Shown: one piece after another, positions 9,692 through 18,800 of the stretch
Numbering within the stretch: position 1 is the stretch's first letter
Layout of the letters: each line of letters begins with the position of its first letter
Source: a virus
DNA length: 64,000 bases
Reading direction: 5' to 3' (one strand)
Virus record (IMG/VR): IMGVR_UViG_3300042937_000216
Location: 58,453-122,452 of that record
Translations under genes and position numbers: made by a program
Notes under the pieces: generated by a model
Databases searched by the model: none
Told to the model about the DNA's origin: nothing
Seen by the model: only the letters and a program-made list of their open reading frames with translations

Positions 9692-10617
9692 TGAAAAACA
9701 TCCTAATCATTGGCGGTAATGGTTATGTTGGATCTAGACTAAGGCAAGTATTGGCACAGACCTACACTGTAGAAAGTGTAGACTGTTGCTGGTACAACTA
9801 TGATGAAACGTCTAAGAGAACTGACTACCACAAACTTGATGCTACCTATCTAGGGCAATTTGATGCTGTAGTTTTACTAGCAGGCCACAGTAGTGTAGCA
9901 AGCTGTGTTGGTCCTATTGCTAGTCCGTGGTTAAACAATGTTACTAACTTTACTAACCTAGTGGCTAAACTAAGTTGGAAAGATATTCCGTTGATCTATG
10001 CTAGTTCAGCTAGTGTATACGGCAACAGCCTACCTGGGCAACTGTTTACTGAAGACAACCGTCAGTTTATTCCTGTGAACAATTATGACATTACCAAATA
10101 TACCTTAGACCTAGAAGCCAAAGTTGCCATTGGCAATGGGCAACCTGTAATTGGTCTACGCTTTGGTACAGTCAACGGTTGGGCACCTAACCTACGTGCT
10201 GATGTAATGATCAATGCTATGTATGATGCGGTTAGAACACAAGGTAAAATCACAGTAACTAATAAACATATCAATCGTGCCTTGCTAGGCATTGAAGATC
10301 TGTGCCGTGGCATTGCTCGGTGTATCGAACAGCCAGTGAGTGGTATCTACAATATGGCCAGTTTCAATGCCACAGTTGACTATATTGCCGCCACTGTGGC
10401 CAATGAACTAGCTGTGCCTGTAGTTGATCGTGGTAAGACTGCTAATGCCTATGACTTTGGCCTAGACACTACATTATTTGAACAAACGTTTGGCTTTACA
10501 TTTACTGAAACTCCTAGTACAATAGTTAATAGCCTAAAAGAAAAATATGCGGACGCACACATTGAACGCCGCGATAATTACATGACATATCAATGGGAAA
10601 AAGAATATGATCGATAA
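9691..10617 (+). CDS. NAD-dependent epimerase/dehydratase (extended SDR)
   Basis: GGNGYVG, YASSASVYG, YxxxK (YDITK), LRFGTVNG. Confidence 0.9.
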   Translation: MKNILIIGGNGYVGSRLRQVLAQTYTVESVDCCWYNYDETSKRTDYHKLDATYLGQFDAVVLLAGHSSVASCVGPIASPWLNNVTNFTNLVAKLSWKDIPLIYASSASVYGNSLPGQLFTEDNRQFIPVNNYDITKYTLDLEAKVAIGNGQPVIGLRFGTVNGWAPNLRADVMINAMYDAVRTQGKITVTNKHINRALLGIEDLCRGIARCIEQPVSGIYNMASFNATVDYIAATVANELAVPVVDRGKTANAYDFGLDTTLFEQTFGFTFTETPSTIVNSLKEKYADAHIERRDNYMTYQWEKEYDR

Positions 10618-11821
10618 CGCAAAAGAATTAACCGAGTGCCTGTGCTGTGGAAGCCAGCATTTAGAATTAACTCTAGACCTAGGCATACAGCCAATGGCCA
10701 ATAGTTTTATTAAAACAGAAGAAGAAGCCGAGCTAACATTCCCATTGGTGTTAAATCGTTGTACAGAATGTAGTCATTTACAATTAAGTCATGCTGTTAA
10801 TCCAGACCTACTATTCCGCAACTACCTGTATGTAAGCGGTACTAGTCAAACACTTAAAGACTACTTTGATTGGTTTGCTAACTACAGTTTAGGATTCTTT
10901 AGCGAAAAGCCTAAGTCAGTGTTGGACATTGCCTGTAATGATGGTACACAGTTAGATTCATTTAAAAAGATTGGCTTAACTACCTACGGTGTTGACCCAG
11001 CAACCAATCTACATCCAATCAGTAGCAAGAATCATGAAGTTATCCTAGATTACTTTACAGCGGCTCACGTAGAAGGATTAAAAGCCAAGAGCATTGATAT
11101 TATCAATGCGCAGAACGTATTTGCGCACAACGACTATCCTTTAGACTTTTTACTACAATGTAAAGAAATTATGCATGATAACAGCGTCTTGTTTATTCAA
11201 ACTAGTCAAGCTGACATGGTTAAGAACAATGAGTTTGACACTATCTATCACGAACACCTAAGTTTCTTCTGTGCTAACAGCATGAATGAACTAGCTCGTC
11301 GTGCTGGCTTAAATTTAATTGACATTACTAAAACACCAATCCATGGTAATAGCTATGTGTTTGTGTTTAGTAAACATCCTAGCACAGATGGCAAAGTTGA
11401 ACAGGTACTAGCAGAAGAACGTGTCGCAGGGTTACAAACACCGCAAACATACATCGACTATGCTCGCAAAGCTCAACAGGTTGTTGTTGACTTAAAAGAA
11501 GCTATTGCTGAATATCGCAGTCAAGGTTATGTAGTTGCTGGCTATGGTGCGGCTGCCAAAGGTATGACATTACTTAACTTTGGCAACATTGACCTAGACT
11601 TTGTTATTGATGACAATCCGCTCAAACAAAGTTTATTCTGTCCAGGTGTACACACTCCTGTGGTATCAATTGATGTATTAGATGAATGTCAGGATCTTAA
11701 TGTAGCATTTGTTCCTTTAGCATGGAACTTCTTCACAGAGATAAGTACAAAGATCAAAACAAAACGTGATAAACAAGGCGATGTGTTTATCCGTTATTTC
11801 CCAACTATAAAGGTAGAATAA
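10607..11821 (+). CDS. NDP-hexose C-methyltransferase (Zn-binding N-terminus)
   Basis: CLCC...LDLG.QPMAN, C..C.HLQL, DIACNDG, FDTIYHEH, GYGAAAKG.TLLN, DDNPLKQ, LAWNF. Confidence 0.88.
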   Translation: MIDNAKELTECLCCGSQHLELTLDLGIQPMANSFIKTEEEAELTFPLVLNRCTECSHLQLSHAVNPDLLFRNYLYVSGTSQTLKDYFDWFANYSLGFFSEKPKSVLDIACNDGTQLDSFKKIGLTTYGVDPATNLHPISSKNHEVILDYFTAAHVEGLKAKSIDIINAQNVFAHNDYPLDFLLQCKEIMHDNSVLFIQTSQADMVKNNEFDTIYHEHLSFFCANSMNELARRAGLNLIDITKTPIHGNSYVFVFSKHPSTDGKVEQVLAEERVAGLQTPQTYIDYARKAQQVVVDLKEAIAEYRSQGYVVAGYGAAAKGMTLLNFGNIDLDFVIDDNPLKQSLFCPGVHTPVVSIDVLDECQDLNVAFVPLAWNFFTEISTKIKTKRDKQGDVFIRYFPTIKVE

Positions 11822-11823
11822 GA

Positions 11824-12486
11824 ATGACCGCAGAAGAACTAGTACAGGCACGCATTGAAGCGATTGCCAATAAAGAAATATTAGCCAACAGCCAAATGAG
11901 TGAATACATTAAACCACTAGCAGAATATGCTAAGGGCTGTGATCACATCACCGAGATGGGTGTGGCAATTGTCTGTAGTACATGGGCATGGCTAAGTGCT
12001 AAACCTAAACGACTAGTAAGTGTAGACATTGATCACTTATGTCCAGTAGACGAAGTGCGTGGTGTAGCCAAAGACCTAGGCATTGACTTTGAGTTTGTTG
12101 CTGGTGATACCAATCATGGTGTTACAGCAGAGTTAAACAAACATTGCCCATGGCTAAACAACGAAGAACATCGCGGTGAATGGAATGCTGGTAAACCAAT
12201 TCCTTACTACAACTGCGAGCCCACTGATTTACTGTTCATCGACACTTACCATCACTATGCTAGCCTAGCACGTGAGTTTGAACTACACGCACCCAAGGCT
12301 AAGAAATACATCATTCTACATGACACAGTAACATTTGGTCGTCGTGGTGAAGGTGATGACCATAAAGGTCTAATGGCTGCTGTTGAAGAATTCTTAGCGG
12401 CTAACCCACAGTGGGCCACTGAAAAGGTATATGAGTCAGCACCTGGCTTGTATATTATGAAACGTGTAGGACCAGATCCAGTTTAA
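11824..12486 (+). CDS. SAM-dependent methyltransferase (Methyltransf_24-like)
   Basis: EMGV..STWA, DLLFIDT.H.Y, YIILHDT. Confidence 0.75.
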   Translation: MTAEELVQARIEAIANKEILANSQMSEYIKPLAEYAKGCDHITEMGVAIVCSTWAWLSAKPKRLVSVDIDHLCPVDEVRGVAKDLGIDFEFVAGDTNHGVTAELNKHCPWLNNEEHRGEWNAGKPIPYYNCEPTDLLFIDTYHHYASLAREFELHAPKAKKYIILHDTVTFGRRGEGDDHKGLMAAVEEFLAANPQWATEKVYESAPGLYIMKRVGPDPV

Positions 12487-12487
12487 C

Positions 12488-13237
12488 ATGAAGAAAACAA
12501 TTCTTTGTCATTTCTATAATGAAGAGTACATGCTACCATGGTTTTTAAATCACCACAAGGAGATTTTTGATCATGGTATTATGATTGATTATCACAGCAC
12601 TGATCGTAGTCGCGAGATAATTAAAGAAATATGTCCAACGTGGGACATTGTAACTAGTCGTAATCCAAACTTCCAAGCAGACACAATTGACTACGAAGTT
12701 ATGGACATTGAGCAGTCAATCGAAGGGTGGCGCATTTGTCTTAATGTAACAGAACTATTGATTGGAGATTATTCAATCTTAGACGAACAGCCAGGGCAAC
12801 ACTTACTACCTAGCGTCTTTTTTGTAGATTGTGACAGAACAAGACCAGTTAGCCAAGATAGGCCTTTATACGAGCAAAAGACAGATGGCTTCTCCTTTGA
12901 CCAATATTTCCGTGAACGCCGGGCTCGTAGCATTCATAATGTTCCTGTACAGTATCCTGTACCAGGCAGACACTATGAAAATTATACCACGGACAAGTTG
13001 GTTGTATTCTATTACGGATGGTGCCCGTTTAATGATCTAGCACTAGCACGTAAGCTACAGATACAAACACAGATACCGTTAGTGGATCGTCAACGTAATT
13101 GGGGCTTCCACCATATTACCAATAAAGAAACACTTGAATATCGATTAGAAAATGAGTTTATGCCTAGGTGTAGAGACTTATCAGAGGAAATCAAACAGTA
13201 TGTCAATAAGCACAAAGATCTTTCAAATATACTTTAA
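12488..13237 (+). CDS. glycosyltransferase family 2-like protein
   Basis: HFYNEEYMLPWFL.HH, IDYHSTDRS N-terminal GT-A pattern. Confidence 0.7.
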   Translation: MKKTILCHFYNEEYMLPWFLNHHKEIFDHGIMIDYHSTDRSREIIKEICPTWDIVTSRNPNFQADTIDYEVMDIEQSIEGWRICLNVTELLIGDYSILDEQPGQHLLPSVFFVDCDRTRPVSQDRPLYEQKTDGFSFDQYFRERRARSIHNVPVQYPVPGRHYENYTTDKLVVFYYGWCPFNDLALARKLQIQTQIPLVDRQRNWGFHHITNKETLEYRLENEFMPRCRDLSEEIKQYVNKHKDLSNIL

Positions 13238-14033
13238 GCCAGAGCTAGAGCAACATTGTGATCCGTTGTTTACTCCGTTGGATAACACTAGTAATCCGCG
13301 ACCAGAACTACGTGAGTGGGATGTCTGGGATAGAGAACATGATCGTATCCTAGCTGAAAACTTGGACCATTGGGGTTACGTCAGCTGGAAGTTTAAAGAT
13401 AAAACAAACTTGACAGCGCAACAGGCCTTGGCACACATCACAGCCAATCCGGGGTTTGATGTTTATCTGTTTAACCCCTGTATCTTAAATGAAGCAGTAT
13501 TTGCCAACAGTTGGGAACAAGGTGACATACATCATCCGGGTATTAGTGATATTGGTAATATGTTTTTTGCTAAACTAGGCTACGAAGATGTTGATGTTAA
13601 AAGTATTTTATTAGATCGTACTCGTACAGTGTTTGCTAACTACGTAGTTGGTAATCGTAAATTTTGGACAGAGTTTATGGATTTTAGCCGCCAGCTGTTT
13701 ACAGAAGGTGCCAAGGATCCACAGTTCCGACATTTGGTATTTGGCGAGGGATTGAGTAACTATGCTCACGACAAGAGTCTACCAAACTTTACATTCTTAA
13801 TTGAAAGATTAATTCCTACATTCTTAGAATTAGGTGAATATAGTGTTTGTCCATACACATATACACACGATACAATACCGGCCAAATATGAACCATATTT
13901 TGCTGATATTATGGCACTTTCGGACCTGAAATCGTCAGTAAATGCCTATGAAAGTGATGTTTTATTTAACATCTGGAACCACTATAGAGCTAAGTTCTTA
14001 AATGATAATCCAGGTATTTTAGGTTTAGAGTAG
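13200..14033 (+). CDS. putative glycosyltransferase-like protein
   Basis: KIFQIYF, WGYVSWKF, FLIERL motifs; last gene of the sugar cluster; ATG 13200 preferred over 13152. Confidence 0.55.
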   Translation: MSISTKIFQIYFKPELEQHCDPLFTPLDNTSNPRPELREWDVWDREHDRILAENLDHWGYVSWKFKDKTNLTAQQALAHITANPGFDVYLFNPCILNEAVFANSWEQGDIHHPGISDIGNMFFAKLGYEDVDVKSILLDRTRTVFANYVVGNRKFWTEFMDFSRQLFTEGAKDPQFRHLVFGEGLSNYAHDKSLPNFTFLIERLIPTFLELGEYSVCPYTYTHDTIPAKYEPYFADIMALSDLKSSVNAYESDVLFNIWNHYRAKFLNDNPGILGLE

Positions 14034-14113
14034 TTATCCCGATCGACTCCAAGTTTTATACGTAGTAAAAGTCAGTTTAACTGGCATACATATAATACGT
14101 TCGGAGGGATTGC

Positions 14114-14338
14114 ATGACAAAATCTAACGTGACAGTAGTACCATTAGTAAGTAGTGGTGGCGGGCTTGGATATTATTGCGCAGGAAGACATTGCGCAGTA
14201 CGAGATAAATGCCACAGACACACATCAGGTATCACACAGCCCAATGCTGTATTTGACGATTATGATATCTTGATGTTATCAGAAGGGAGTTGTAGATTTT
14301 TCGTCAATGTCAAAGAAGCAAATCGCGTAAGCGATTAG
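14114..14338 (+). CDS. small Cys-containing hypothetical protein
   Basis: GGAGG SD; C.G..C..R..C.R motif. Confidence 0.55.
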   Translation: MTKSNVTVVPLVSSGGGLGYYCAGRHCAVRDKCHRHTSGITQPNAVFDDYDILMLSEGSCRFFVNVKEANRVSD

Positions 14339-14384
14339 CCTATCGGTAGTAAAATCAAACGTTAAAAACCAAGGAGGTTTATGT

Positions 14385-14903
14385 ATGAGAGTTATCTCAA
14401 AAGTAATAACCTGGGCAATAATGTCCTTATGTGTAATATCAAGTAGTATAGCGCAGGCGAATGACAAAACAAAAGAAAGCCAGCAGGTTATGTGCCTAGC
14501 ACAGAATATCTATTATGAAGCTGGACTAGAATCATTTCAAGGAAAGGTTGCTGTGGCACAGGTTACAATCAACCGCGCTGAAAGTAGGAACTTTCCCAAA
14601 ACTATCTGTGGAGTTGTACATCAACGCACAGAGATCGCAGGTCGCATGATCTGTCAATTTAGCTGGACATGTAACCCAGTGAGTAAGATTAAGTATGTAA
14701 GTGATAGCTGGCAGGATAGTTTGCTAGTGGCACGTGCTACACTACATCATAATCTAAAACTAGATCAACTCGATGACGCATTGTATTTTCACAATACACA
14801 TGTTAATCCAAATTGGGGTCTAGAGCGTGTTGCCCGTATAGGTGGCCACATTTTCTACAGTAACGACCCTGCTCCAAGAAAAAATAAATCAAAAAACAGT
14901 TGA
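14385..14903 (+). CDS. SleB-like cell wall hydrolase (Hydrolase_2)
   Basis: CLAQNIYYEA, GKVAVAQVT.NR, FP.TICGVV.Q, CQFSW, ALYFH...V.P.W, IGGHIFY; signal peptide. Confidence 0.9.
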   Translation: MRVISKVITWAIMSLCVISSSIAQANDKTKESQQVMCLAQNIYYEAGLESFQGKVAVAQVTINRAESRNFPKTICGVVHQRTEIAGRMICQFSWTCNPVSKIKYVSDSWQDSLLVARATLHHNLKLDQLDDALYFHNTHVNPNWGLERVARIGGHIFYSNDPAPRKNKSKNS

Positions 14904-14928
14904 CAATCTCGTTGCGTGGCTATATAAT
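14900..14928 (+). promoter_or_regulatory. sigma70-type promoter, leaderless arrangement
   Basis: TTGACA-N17-TATAAT with ATG 6 nt downstream at 14935. Confidence 0.8.
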
Positions 14929-14934
14929 TACACT

Positions 14935-15150
14935 ATGAAACTAATTTATATAGCCACAGCAATGACACAAAACGGTGATAGCATACAAGAGAATGCCTAC
15001 ACTAATGCCGAACAAGCACTAGTACAAGCAACTTTAATGTGTGAAGACATCAACCGTAATACAGACCTTAACGCACAACCAGACGTAGTTCCGATGGAAT
15101 TATTTGAAGATGGTGATGTAGTATCGGATACTATTTCAACTGATGAGTAA
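14935..15150 (+). CDS. hypothetical protein
   Basis: Start moved to ATG 14935, just after the -10 box. Confidence 0.65.
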   Translation: MKLIYIATAMTQNGDSIQENAYTNAEQALVQATLMCEDINRNTDLNAQPDVVPMELFEDGDVVSDTISTDE

Positions 15151-15472
15151 TTTCGAAGACTCAAACTGGGGTCGGCACGGTAATCCAAATCCTGAATGGT
15201 GGTATCGTTACCCACGAGGTAGACGCGACCTACCATCAATATTCAGTCAAGATCCAGTAGATCCTACCTGGGACTTCTTAGACGGATTTGTAGACGACAC
15301 ACCCAAAGTTAGCCTGTTTACTATTGTGCTGATCCTAGTGGTTATTCTACTAGCATCTGGACTTAGTATCACTGTTCGTGAACTGCTATATCAAGGCTTT
15401 GACTTTGCTCAAATTTGGTACAGCGGCGTAGATAGTATGCTAGACACATTCAATGTTCCAAAAGCGCCGTAA
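15143..15472 (+). CDS. hypothetical membrane protein
   Basis: One hydrophobic segment LFTIVLILVVILLA. Confidence 0.6.
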   Translation: MSNFEDSNWGRHGNPNPEWWYRYPRGRRDLPSIFSQDPVDPTWDFLDGFVDDTPKVSLFTIVLILVVILLASGLSITVRELLYQGFDFAQIWYSGVDSMLDTFNVPKAP

Positions 15473-15525
15473 CCGATAAATATTGTTTTAAGCGACACAA
15501 TCGCAAACTTTAGAAAGGGCACAAA

Positions 15526-15672
15526 ATGTCAATAACTACAGAAGTAAAATTACCAAAAGAATCACTAGTTGAATCCAATTTACCAACCGGTACGGAAATT
15601 CCAAATGTCTGCCAGCCAGGCGATAAAGAATGTATAGCACGATTAGTACAGGCATTTTCAGACTGCGATTAA
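15526..15672 (+). CDS. small hypothetical protein (48 aa, ends C.PGDKEC.ARL..AFSDCD)
   Basis: Translated by hand; AAAGGG SD; TAAATA upstream. Confidence 0.6.
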   Translation: MSITTEVKLPKESLVESNLPTGTEIPNVCQPGDKECIARLVQAFSDCD

Positions 15673-15679
15673 ATAACGG

Positions 15680-15708
15680 TTGACAACCCAACCAAAATAG
15701 CGTATAAT
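15680..15708 (+). promoter_or_regulatory. early sigma70-type promoter
   Basis: TTGACA-N17-TATAAT. Confidence 0.85.
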
Positions 15709-15740
15709 AGCACTTGTTTAGTTAATAAGGAGTGCGAATT

Positions 15741-15941
15741 ATGGGCTATGTAGTTTTTCAAAACGGCAAAGAATATGGCGCTCGTAAAGGCCTAGAAGGT
15801 CCATTCCATTATCCTAACGGTCGTGTATTGTACTACGATGCTCAAGCAGGCGAGTACTATGATCCTACAACAGACTTCTACGTACCCAGCGATGAAGTAG
15901 CAGAACTCCAGCAATCAGTTTTTACTCAATTAGCACAATAG
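15741..15941 (+). CDS. hypothetical protein
   Basis: AAGGAG SD; GLEGPF.Y..GRVLYYD...GEYYDP.TD.Y motif. Confidence 0.7.
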   Translation: MGYVVFQNGKEYGARKGLEGPFHYPNGRVLYYDAQAGEYYDPTTDFYVPSDEVAELQQSVFTQLAQ

Positions 15942-15950
15942 GAGCACGAC

Positions 15951-16124
15951 ATGGCAGGCAAAGCAACTTCGGTATATCTTACAGTATCAATTAAAGAAAC
16001 ACACAAAACAGCTTTTCATAAACAATTCTTCAACATGACTGGTCTTAATCAGTATGTTGCTACAGATGAGTTTAAGGAAAAATACCCAACTACTGAATTT
16101 TACGTTACGAAAGAAACATACTAA
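15951..16124 (+). CDS. small hypothetical protein (57 aa, MAGKATSVYLTV...)
   Basis: Translated by hand; AGGAG SD; stop overlaps the next ATG. Confidence 0.7.
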   Translation: MAGKATSVYLTVSIKETHKTAFHKQFFNMTGLNQYVATDEFKEKYPTTEFYVTKETY

Positions 16125-16351
16125 TGGCCATAGAGGTCATACGTGAAGTAACAGAATGGGTAGTTGATTTCCGACAGCCAAATCATACATATTTGATGGA
16201 CGGTGAAAAGGTTATTGGCTACCAACAATGGCACGAAGGCCCGCCAATCTACTTTGCCCGCAAGGGCAAGTTTGATAAAGCCAGACGTAAATTCATCAAA
16301 ATTCCCCTGAAAGAAAGTGTGTTTAAAACGGTTGACATTTTGGTTAAATGA
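16124..16351 (+). CDS. hypothetical protein
   Basis: Translationally coupled 75-aa ORF. Confidence 0.65.
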   Translation: MAIEVIREVTEWVVDFRQPNHTYLMDGEKVIGYQQWHEGPPIYFARKGKFDKARRKFIKIPLKESVFKTVDILVK

Positions 16352-16387
16352 CTGTATAATGCTATACATACACTAACAACACGGAGC
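16330..16387 (+). repeat. repeated early promoter + leader + RBS unit, copy 1
   Basis: GGTTGACATTTTGGTTAAATGACTGTATAATGCTATACATACACTAACAACACGGAG; near-identical copies at 16835 and 62136, partial copy at 61683. Confidence 0.9.
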
Positions 16388-16392
16388 AACTA

Positions 16393-16680
16393 ATGAAAAA
16401 TCTAGCACAATACATTGAACAGAAAAATGCTTGGGCACGTATTTTCAATAATGTGATCTATGATGTTAATAACTTATCAGAACGTGATTGTCAAAATTTG
16501 TATGATAGTTTAGACAACGATCTAAGCCCAGAGAACTTAACCTGCGACGGTGAACGTAGCGGTGGACAAGTTCGTCAATTCGCACGTTTTTACAATGCGG
16601 CAGCAAAAGAGTTAGTTACAATTATTCGTGCTAACAACTACACAATTCCATACTCAGATTTCCGCGAACTTAGTTACTAA
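16393..16680 (+). CDS. hypothetical protein
   Basis: Follows the promoter unit; LSPENLTCDGE motif. Confidence 0.75.
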   Translation: MKNLAQYIEQKNAWARIFNNVIYDVNNLSERDCQNLYDSLDNDLSPENLTCDGERSGGQVRQFARFYNAAAKELVTIIRANNYTIPYSDFRELSY

Positions 16681-16685
16681 ATCGG

Positions 16686-16714
16686 TTGACAACCTACCCA
16701 AATGATAGTATAAT
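16686..16714 (+). promoter_or_regulatory. early sigma70-type promoter
   Basis: TTGACA-N17-TATAAT; no ATG-started ORF before the next promoter. Confidence 0.85.
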
Positions 16715-16720
16715 AGCATT

Positions 16721-16830
16721 TGACAGTTAGGAAACGATTTCAAAGTTTTAGGGTGTTGTTACATTTTAATTTTATTAACGTTACTACTAAGGGTTGTTCC
16801 GGTCGTAACAACATCCTAAATTCCCTTAAA
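16721..16830 (+). ncRNA. candidate small RNA with a 16-bp stem
   Basis: Has its own promoter; TTTAGGGTGTTGTTAC (16747-16762) pairs with GTAACAACATCCTAAA (16805-16820), with one G-U pair. Confidence 0.5.
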
Positions 16831-16834
16831 TAAT

Positions 16835-16893
16835 GGTTGACTTTTGGTTAAATTGACTGTATAATGCTATACATACACTAACAACACAGGAGC
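16835..16893 (+). repeat. repeated early promoter + leader + RBS unit, copy 2
   Basis: TTGACT(16837)-N17-TATAAT(16860), then GCTATACATACACTAACAACACAGGAG. Confidence 0.9.
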
Positions 16894-16898
16894 ACAAA

Positions 16899-17219
16899 AT
16901 GGACTTTCAAGCTATTCACAACGAAGCACAAACAGCAGCAACTAACGCTCAAAACGCATTTCTTAAACAACACGGCGAAATAGCCTACTGTGGTTTTGCC
17001 TGGGTTAATGTGTACGTAGATCGTACTAACTCAACAGAAGCTAAAGGCTTACTTGCTGTTGGTTTTAAGAAAGATTATCGTCCTAAATGTTTAAACATGT
17101 GGAGTCCAGGTAACTACCATGGTCAAAGCATGGATGTGTTAGAAGAAGGTGCTCGTGCTTACGCAGACGTACTTACTAAACACGGGTTCCGTGCTTATGC
17201 TGGTTCACGTGCTGACTAA
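16899..17219 (+). CDS. hypothetical phage protein
   Basis: Follows the promoter unit; CGFAWV and QSMD..E.GA.AYA motifs. Confidence 0.75.
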   Translation: MDFQAIHNEAQTAATNAQNAFLKQHGEIAYCGFAWVNVYVDRTNSTEAKGLLAVGFKKDYRPKCLNMWSPGNYHGQSMDVLEEGARAYADVLTKHGFRAYAGSRAD

Positions 17220-17226
17220 AAAGTAC

Positions 17227-17255
17227 TTGACAAACACCCAAAGAGGTGTTATAAT
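17227..17255 (+). promoter_or_regulatory. early sigma70-type promoter
   Basis: TTGACA-N17-TATAAT. Confidence 0.85.
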
Positions 17256-17318
17256 ACTACAATAATAAGAAAGCGACAAACGCTTCGATTATAAAACGAA
17301 AACTAAGGAGCATAGACA

Positions 17319-18341
17319 ATGACAGGTTTTGTTAAAATTAAAAATGGTACTTATCGTAATCAAGCGATTACAGATGAAGTATTTCCTCTAGTAAAACAAT
17401 TTCAATTAGGTAGCAAAGGTGGTTTTATCACTGTAGACGGCACTGGTCGTTTTGGCAAGGATAAAATACGTGTTACTATCTCTAGTCCTACAGAGTACGA
17501 ACTAGTAGACGCAACAGAATACACAGGCGAAGTAGCTACAGCAGGTGTAGACACACATAGCAAGCAAACAGACGAAGAACGTATTGCTGAAATTGGCTTA
17601 CGTTTTGAAATGCTAGACGAAATGACCAAAGCAGTATTGAACGGTGACATTCGTGCTATGATTGTAAGTGGCCCTCCGGGTGTTGGTAAAAGTTACACAG
17701 TAGAAAATCAAATTGACCGTGCTAACTTGTTTCAAAACATTGCCAACGCAAAACCTAAACACACTGTGGTTAAAGGTAGTGCTAGTGCTATTGGTTTGTA
17801 CAAAGTATTGTACGAATACAGTGACGCTAACAGCGTTATTGTGTTTGATGACTGCGATAGCATCTTGTTTGACGACGTTAGTTTGAACTTGCTTAAAGGC
17901 GCATTGGACAGTGGTAAGTCACGTAAAATTAGTTGGTTGTCGGAGTCACGTGTATTGAAACAAGAAGACATTCCTAACAGTTTCCAATTTAAAGGTAGTG
18001 TAATTTTTATCACTAACTTAAAGTTTGATCAAGTTAAGTCAACTCGTTTGAAAGATCACTTAGAAGCACTACAGTCACGCTGTCACTATTTAGATTTGAC
18101 GTTAGACACTATGCGTGATAAAGTATTGCGTATTAGACAAATTGCTAAAACTGGTCAATTGTTTGAAGACATGGGCATTGGCGAAATTGGACAAGATATT
18201 ATTATCGATTTCTTAGACGCTAACAAGAACAAGTTCCGTGAAATGAGTTTGCGTATGGCAATCAAAGTAGCACAGTTATACAAGAGCTTTCCTAACACTT
18301 GGGAAAACATGGCTAAGACAACTTGTATGAAGATTGCGTAA
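17319..18341 (+). CDS. AAA-type P-loop ATPase
   Basis: Walker A GPPGVGKS, Walker B IVFDDCD, sensor-like FITN, ALQSR. Confidence 0.85.
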   Translation: MTGFVKIKNGTYRNQAITDEVFPLVKQFQLGSKGGFITVDGTGRFGKDKIRVTISSPTEYELVDATEYTGEVATAGVDTHSKQTDEERIAEIGLRFEMLDEMTKAVLNGDIRAMIVSGPPGVGKSYTVENQIDRANLFQNIANAKPKHTVVKGSASAIGLYKVLYEYSDANSVIVFDDCDSILFDDVSLNLLKGALDSGKSRKISWLSESRVLKQEDIPNSFQFKGSVIFITNLKFDQVKSTRLKDHLEALQSRCHYLDLTLDTMRDKVLRIRQIAKTGQLFEDMGIGEIGQDIIIDFLDANKNKFREMSLRMAIKVAQLYKSFPNTWENMAKTTCMKIA

Positions 18342-18342
18342 C

Positions 18343-18474
18343 ATGCGGTTGCTAGCGGCAATGACGTATAATTTAATCCTACTAGGAGGTACCGTTTACC
18401 TAGTAGGTTGGCAGGAGTGGAGTGCTTGGTGGTTCCTACTTACCGTAATACTTTTAGCTAGCGGTAAAGACTAA
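18343..18474 (+). CDS. small membrane protein (43 aa)
   Basis: Translated by hand: MRLLAAMTYNLILLGGTVYLVGWQEWSAWWFLLTVILLASGKD. Confidence 0.55.
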   Translation: MRLLAAMTYNLILLGGTVYLVGWQEWSAWWFLLTVILLASGKD

Positions 18475-18487
18475 GAAGGAGAAGTAA

Positions 18488-18649
18488 ATGTCAGTTTATA
18501 CAAAAAGAATTATATTTGCGTTGGTAAGTTTGGTAGTATTGGGAGCAGTTGGTGTTTGGGCACCAGAAGTACAACGCTTCTTAGGTATGTTTGCCCTAGG
18601 TTGGATGTTGATGGACATTGCCAGTGATGTGTTTCCGGAGGGCAAATAA
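18488..18649 (+). CDS. small membrane protein (53 aa)
   Basis: AAGGAG SD; MSVYTKRIIFALVSLVVLGAVGVW... Confidence 0.65.
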   Translation: MSVYTKRIIFALVSLVVLGAVGVWAPEVQRFLGMFALGWMLMDIASDVFPEGK

Positions 18650-18650
18650 T

Positions 18651-18797
18651 ATGATTGATTGGCAATTTTGGCTATTGGTAGTTTGGTTATTGTTCATTGG
18701 ATATTGTTTTGGTCGTGCGCATGAAGCGTGGAATCGTTTTAGTCGCAGTATTGATGAACTACAAAAATTATCTAAAAAATTCTCCAACGAGGAGTAG
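18651..18797 (+). CDS. small membrane protein (48 aa)
   Basis: GGAGG SD; MIDWQFWLLVVWLLFIGYCFG... Confidence 0.65.
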   Translation: MIDWQFWLLVVWLLFIGYCFGRAHEAWNRFSRSIDELQKLSKKFSNEE

Positions 18798-18800
18798 TAT

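Noticed and set aside
1-14033. Reading this part as a bacterial chromosome segment
   Set aside because: The genes carry the same TAAATA motifs and composition as the phage core and are interleaved with phage-type small ORFs; no bacterial housekeeping synteny is visible.
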